Shown piece by piece: positions 60,479-64,000 of a DNA stretch of 64,000 nucleotides; position 1 is the first letter of the stretch; each line of letters begins with the position of its first letter. The notes beneath the pieces are model-generated. The model was not told where the DNA came from. It did no database searches and saw only the letters and a list, made by a program, of their open reading frames with translations. The stretch comes from an uncultured Actinomycetes bacterium (GTDB lineage Bacteria > Actinomycetota > Thermoleophilia > Gaiellales > Gaiellaceae): NCBI GenBank assembly GCA_963821415.1, contig CAWGEE010000007.1, forward strand, positions 725 to 64,724, read 5' to 3'. A program made the position numbers and the translations under genes.

Positions 60479-61681
60479 TTAGCCCCTGATCTCTGTCCAT
60501 GCGTTCCGCCAGTCCTGCTGCGTCACGCATGTGGTCGAGTCGTCGTCGTCCCCGCAGTCCTCCCGCGGGGTGTCCCAGTAGTAAACGTCTTCCCACCAGG
60601 ACTCGTCCGCTGCGTGGTAGTCGTCGCAGTGGTCCGGGTTATCGGTCAGGTCACACGCCTTGAGGTTGACGGGCGCCTCGCCGAAGCCCTCGGTGGCAAT
60701 TGCCTGCGCCTCCGGCGACATCATGTGATTCATCCAGAGGTACATGCAGTTCGGGTTCTGGGCGTTCGACGAAATCATCCACGTGTCAGACCAGCCCGTG
60801 GTGCCCTCCTTCGGCTTCACGACCTCGACCGGCTCGTTGTCAGCCGTGAGGACGTTGTACTGAAGCGGCCATACCGTGCCGACGACGCTGTCCTTGTTCT
60901 TGAACGACTGGACCTGCTTCGCGTAGTCGCCCCACCACTCGCCGACGTTCGGTGCCACGCTCTTCATCAGGTCCTTGACGGCCTCGAACTGCTCTGCCGT
61001 CAACTGGTAGGGATCCTCGATGCCGAGGTCGGGCTGCGTAGCCTTGAGGTAGAGCGCAGCGTCGGCAAAGAAGATGTTGTCGTCGTAGAGGGAGATCTTG
61101 CCCTTGTACGGCGTCGCTGGATCGAAGACCACCGACCAGCTATCGGCGGCCGGCGTCACCTCGTCGGTGCGGAACATCAGATAGTTCGGCCCGCGTCCAT
61201 GCGGCCCGCCGTACGGCTCGCCGTCCTTCGAGTTGTACGACTTGAGCTTGATGCCCTCCTCGATGTCGGCGTAGTTCGACAGCAGGTCGGGGTTGACGGG
61301 CGCAACATCGCCGGCCTCCATCAGCCGTACGCTCGTGTGCCCGGACGCCGAGACGCCGTCGTACTCGCCAGACTGGATGAGCGTGATCATCTCGTCGCCG
61401 GTGGTCGCGTCCTTCGTCTTGACCTCGCAGCCGGTCGCCTCGGTGAACTCGTCGACCAGCGTCGCGTATGTCGGCCACTGCACGATGTTGACCGCGCCTT
61501 CGCTGCGGGCGTTCTCCTGGATCTCCTCGATCGTGGATCCGAGCCCGGCGATCTGCCAGTCACCAGATGCACTCTCGCCGCCGCCGTCGTCGCCGCCACA
61601 ACCGGCGGCCAAGAACGCGAGCGCCGCCACGCAAGCGGCCAGTGACGTGATGCCCAGGTGCTTCCTTGGCATCTTCTTCAT
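60479..61681 (-). CDS. polyamine-type substrate-binding lipoprotein (set 2) with Cys-rich C-terminal extension
   Basis: ORF 60479..61681(-) has the lipobox LAAGCGG. The tail is ...[18 protein letters not shown]...[27 protein letters not shown]. Confidence 0.85.
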   Translation of the reverse strand: MKKMPRKHLGITSLAACVAALAFLAAGCGGDDGGGESASGDWQIAGLGSTIEEIQENARSEGAVNIVQWPTYATLVDEFTEATGCEVKTKDATTGDEMITLIQSGEYDGVSASGHTSVRLMEAGDVAPVNPDLLSNYADIEEGIKLKSYNSKDGEPYGGPHGRGPNYLMFRTDEVTPAADSWSVVFDPATPYKGKISLYDDNIFFADAALYLKATQPDLGIEDPYQLTAEQFEAVKDLMKSVAPNVGEWWGDYAKQVQSFKNKDSVVGTVWPLQYNVLTADNEPVEVVKPKEGTTGWSDTWMISSNAQNPNCMYLWMNHMMSPEAQAIATEGFGEAPVNLKACDLTDNPDHCDDYHAADESWWEDVYYWDTPREDCGDDDDSTTCVTQQDWRNAWTEIRG

Positions 61682-62745
61682 TCGTTGCCCTCCCTTTCCC
61701 CCCGTTGTTCGATTACATACGTGTGCTCGGGCCGCCAGGCGAGCTGCACCGGCCGGCCTCGTTCTTCTGCCATGTCACCGACGTTCTGCTTGACGACGGT
61801 GAGCAGACCGCCCGCGTCGAGTTCGACGATGTACCGCGTCACAGAGCCCAGATACACCACCTCCCGCAGAACGCCACTTTCCGACTCCTCTCCCGCTTCG
61901 GGCTGGTCGCCCTCTGCGAGAAGGCGGATCTTCTCAGGTCGTACGGTGAAGCGTCGCCCGTTCCGCTCCAGCATGTTGGAGACGCCCACGAAGCCCGCCA
62001 CGAACTCCGTGGCCGGGCGCTCGTAGACCTCGACCGGAGTCCCCACCTGGTCGATGCGGCCATGGCTGAACACGGCGATGCGGTCGCTCATCGTCAGCGC
62101 CTCGTCCTGGTCATGCGTGACGTACACGAACGTGATGCCGACGTCCTGCTGGATTCGCTTGAGCTCGATCTGCATCTCCTCGCGCAGCTTGAGGTCGAGC
62201 GCGCCGAGCGGCTCGTCCAGCAACAGCACGCGCGGCCGATTGACGAGCGCGCGGGCGAGCGCCACGCGCTGCCGCTGGCCCCCCGAGAGCTGTGTCGGCT
62301 TCCGCCCGCCGAACTGCGGAAGGCGGACGGTCTCCAGCGCCTCCGCCACGCGCGTCCGGCGCTCCTCCTTGGGCACGCGCTTGACCCTGAGGCCGTACTC
62401 GACGTTCTCCGCCACCGTCATGTGCGGAAAGAGGGCGTAGTCCTGGAAGACGGTGTTGACGTCGCGGTCGTATGGCGGCTTGTCGGCCATATCGACCCCG
62501 GCGAGCAGGATCTGGCCGGAATCGGGCCGCTCGAAGCCTGCGATCAGCCGGAGCGTCGTCGTCTTGCCGGAGCCGGACGGCCCGAGCATCGTGAAGAACT
62601 CGCCGCGCGGCACCTCGAGGTCGATCGAGTCGACGGCCACGACGTCGCCGAACGTCTTCCGGACGGCGACGAGCCGGATGTCGGCGTCGACCGGCTCCGG
62701 GTCGACCGCGCTAGCCCGCTCCTGCGCTTGCGTCGACAAGCGCAC
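61678..62745 (-). CDS. polyamine-type ABC transporter ATP-binding protein (PotA-like, set 2)
   Basis: ORF 61678..62745(-) has Walker [10 protein letters not shown] and [14 protein letters not shown]. The GTG start overlaps the gabT end by ~35 nt, so the start is uncertain. Confidence 0.88.
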   Translation of the reverse strand: MRLSTQAQERASAVDPEPVDADIRLVAVRKTFGDVVAVDSIDLEVPRGEFFTMLGPSGSGKTTTLRLIAGFERPDSGQILLAGVDMADKPPYDRDVNTVFQDYALFPHMTVAENVEYGLRVKRVPKEERRTRVAEALETVRLPQFGGRKPTQLSGGQRQRVALARALVNRPRVLLLDEPLGALDLKLREEMQIELKRIQQDVGITFVYVTHDQDEALTMSDRIAVFSHGRIDQVGTPVEVYERPATEFVAGFVGVSNMLERNGRRFTVRPEKIRLLAEGDQPEAGEESESGVLREVVYLGSVTRYIVELDAGGLLTVVKQNVGDMAEERGRPVQLAWRPEHTYVIEQRGEREGNE

Positions 62746-64000
62746 CCTCCAGGATGCTGAGGCCTTCCTCGATCTCCTCGTCCGCCTCGATCAGCGGCGG
62801 CAGGAGGCGCAGGACGTTCCCGTACATGCCGCAGGAGAGGAGGATCAGGCCGCGCTCCCGCGCCAGCTCGACCGTTCGCCTGGCGAGATCGCCGTCGGGC
62901 TGCTTCGACTCGCGGCCGGCAACGAGCTCGACGGCGAGCATCGGGCCGAGGCCGCGCACCTCTCCAACGGCGGGCACCTTGGCGGCCAGCTCGTCGAGCG
63001 CCGAGCGCAGCCGCTTGCCGAGCGCATCCGCCCGCGCACGAAACTCGGGGGTCGCCACCTCGTCGAGCACGGCCAGCGCTGCGGCGCACGAGAGCGGATT
63101 GCCGCCGAACGTGCCGCCGAGCCCGCCAGGATGCGGAGCGTCCATCACCTCGGCCCTGCCTGTGACGCCGGCCAGTGGCAGCCCTCCGCCCAACGACTTC
63201 CCCGACACGACGATGTCCGGCTCCACGCCGTAGTGCTCGATTGCCCAGACCGGCCCTGTACGACCGACGCCGGACTGCACCTCGTCGGCGACGTAGAGGA
63301 TGCCGTGCCTCGAGAGCAGCTGCTTCAGCCGTCCCGGAAAATCGTCGGGCATGGGGATGAAGCCGCCCTCGCCCTGCACCGACTCCAGCACCGCGCAGGC
63401 TACGGACTCCGGGTCGACGTCCGAGCGGAAGAGATCCTCGAGCGCGTCCAGTGCCGCGTCGCTCGACACGCCGCGGTACGGATACGGCCCGGGCGCACGG
63501 TAGATCTCGGGCGCAAACGGGCCGAAGCCCTTCTTGTAGACGAGCTTCGCCGTCATCGTCATCGTCAGCAGCGTCCGGCCGTGGAAGGCGTTCTCGAAGA
63601 CGATTACCGCAGGGCGGCCCGTGGCCGCGCGGGCGATCTTCACTGCGTTCTCGATCGCCTCCGCACCGGAGTTGACGAGGATCGAGCGCTGCTCGCCGCC
63701 ACCGCACGGTGAAAGCTCCGCGAGCCGCTTGCAGACCTCGACGTACGGCTCGTAGACGCCGACCATGAAGCACTGGTGGAGATAGCGATCCACCTGCTCG
63801 TGGATGGCCGCCACCACCGGCGGGAAGCCGTGCCCGGTGTTCTGGCACGCGATGCCGCCCGCGAAGTCGACGAAGCTGCGGCCGTCGACGTCCCAGACAC
63901 GAGCCCCCTCTGCGCGTGCCACGACGATCTTCGCTGCGGCGATTCCGCGTGCGACGTACCGGTCCCGCTCGGCGAGGATCCGCTCGGCGTCCGTCGTCTC
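62711..64000 (-). CDS. gabT: 4-aminobutyrate aminotransferase (5' end beyond the right edge)
   Basis: ORF 62711..63922(-) extends in frame to the window edge (...[34 protein letters not shown]). Motifs include [25 protein letters not shown] and [11 protein letters not shown] (PLP Lys). Confidence 0.88.
   Translation of the reverse strand, partial: ETTDAERILAERDRYVARGIAAAKIVVARAEGARVWDVDGRSFVDFAGGIACQNTGHGFPPVVAAIHEQVDRYLHQCFMVGVYEPYVEVCKRLAELSPCGGGEQRSILVNSGAEAIENAVKIARAATGRPAVIVFENAFHGRTLLTMTMTAKLVYKKGFGPFAPEIYRAPGPYPYRGVSSDAALDALEDLFRSDVDPESVACAVLESVQGEGGFIPMPDDFPGRLKQLLSRHGILYVADEVQSGVGRTGPVWAIEHYGVEPDIVVSGKSLGGGLPLAGVTGRAEVMDAPHPGGLGGTFGGNPLSCAAALAVLDEVATPEFRARADALGKRLRSALDELAAKVPAVGEVRGLGPMLAVELVAGRESKQPDGDLARRTVELARERGLILLSCGMYGNVLRLLPPLIEADEEIEEGLSILEGALVDASAGAG

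Overview
This is a high-GC chromosomal segment (roughly 70% by eye). It looks actinobacterial, possibly Thermoleophilia/Rubrobacteria-like, but that taxon is a guess. I recognised no rRNA, tRNA, CRISPR array, transposase, integrase or phage gene. All product calls come from motif recognition by eye in the supplied translations and my own re-translations, not from database searches.

Gene content from left to right:
- holB(partial)-tmk-hydrolase.
- An envelope block: GalE-like epimerase, LytR_C protein, O-antigen-ligase-like/TPR membrane protein, and a small secreted 2-Cys protein.
- Class II ribonucleotide reductase nrdJ.
- A lower-GC patch with a HEPN-like ORF fragment.
- Tandem cupins, a SnoaL-like protein, an S4 protein and a FAD-linked oxidase.
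- A directly duplicated ~0.9-kb TfoX_N + acetyltransferase module. It brackets a LuxR(LAL) regulator, a 10-codon uORF and a MacB/FtsX-type ABC exporter.
- GH15 hydrolase, GNAT, PadR, S41-like peptidase, a cyclase-NTPase-TPR STAND protein, dienelactone hydrolase and a clan GH-A glycosidase.
- An oxygenase/OCD/PLP/sodA block containing a 167-bp palindromic repeat.
- CoxG and EamA-dinB.
- A DasR-type GlcNAc/MurNAc regulon (murQ-nagA-SIS, msiK-gntR, SBP-permeases-nagZ) with two dre-like operators.
- A 15-gene minus-strand polyamine/GABA uptake and catabolism supercluster with two PotABCD-like sets.

Two window-wide patterns stand out. About 45 reading-frame breaks hit ~23 genes in the first ~49.6 kb, while the last ~14 kb is almost clean. 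Many operon-first genes look leaderless (TANNNT-N6-start).

No canonical defence or mobile system is evident. The most unusual items are:
- the repeat-bracketed LuxR/ABC cassette;
- the palindromic repeat with a conserved mini-ORF next to sodA;
- a paralogous 2-Cys secreted protein family;
- an orphan UUCG-capped hairpin locus.
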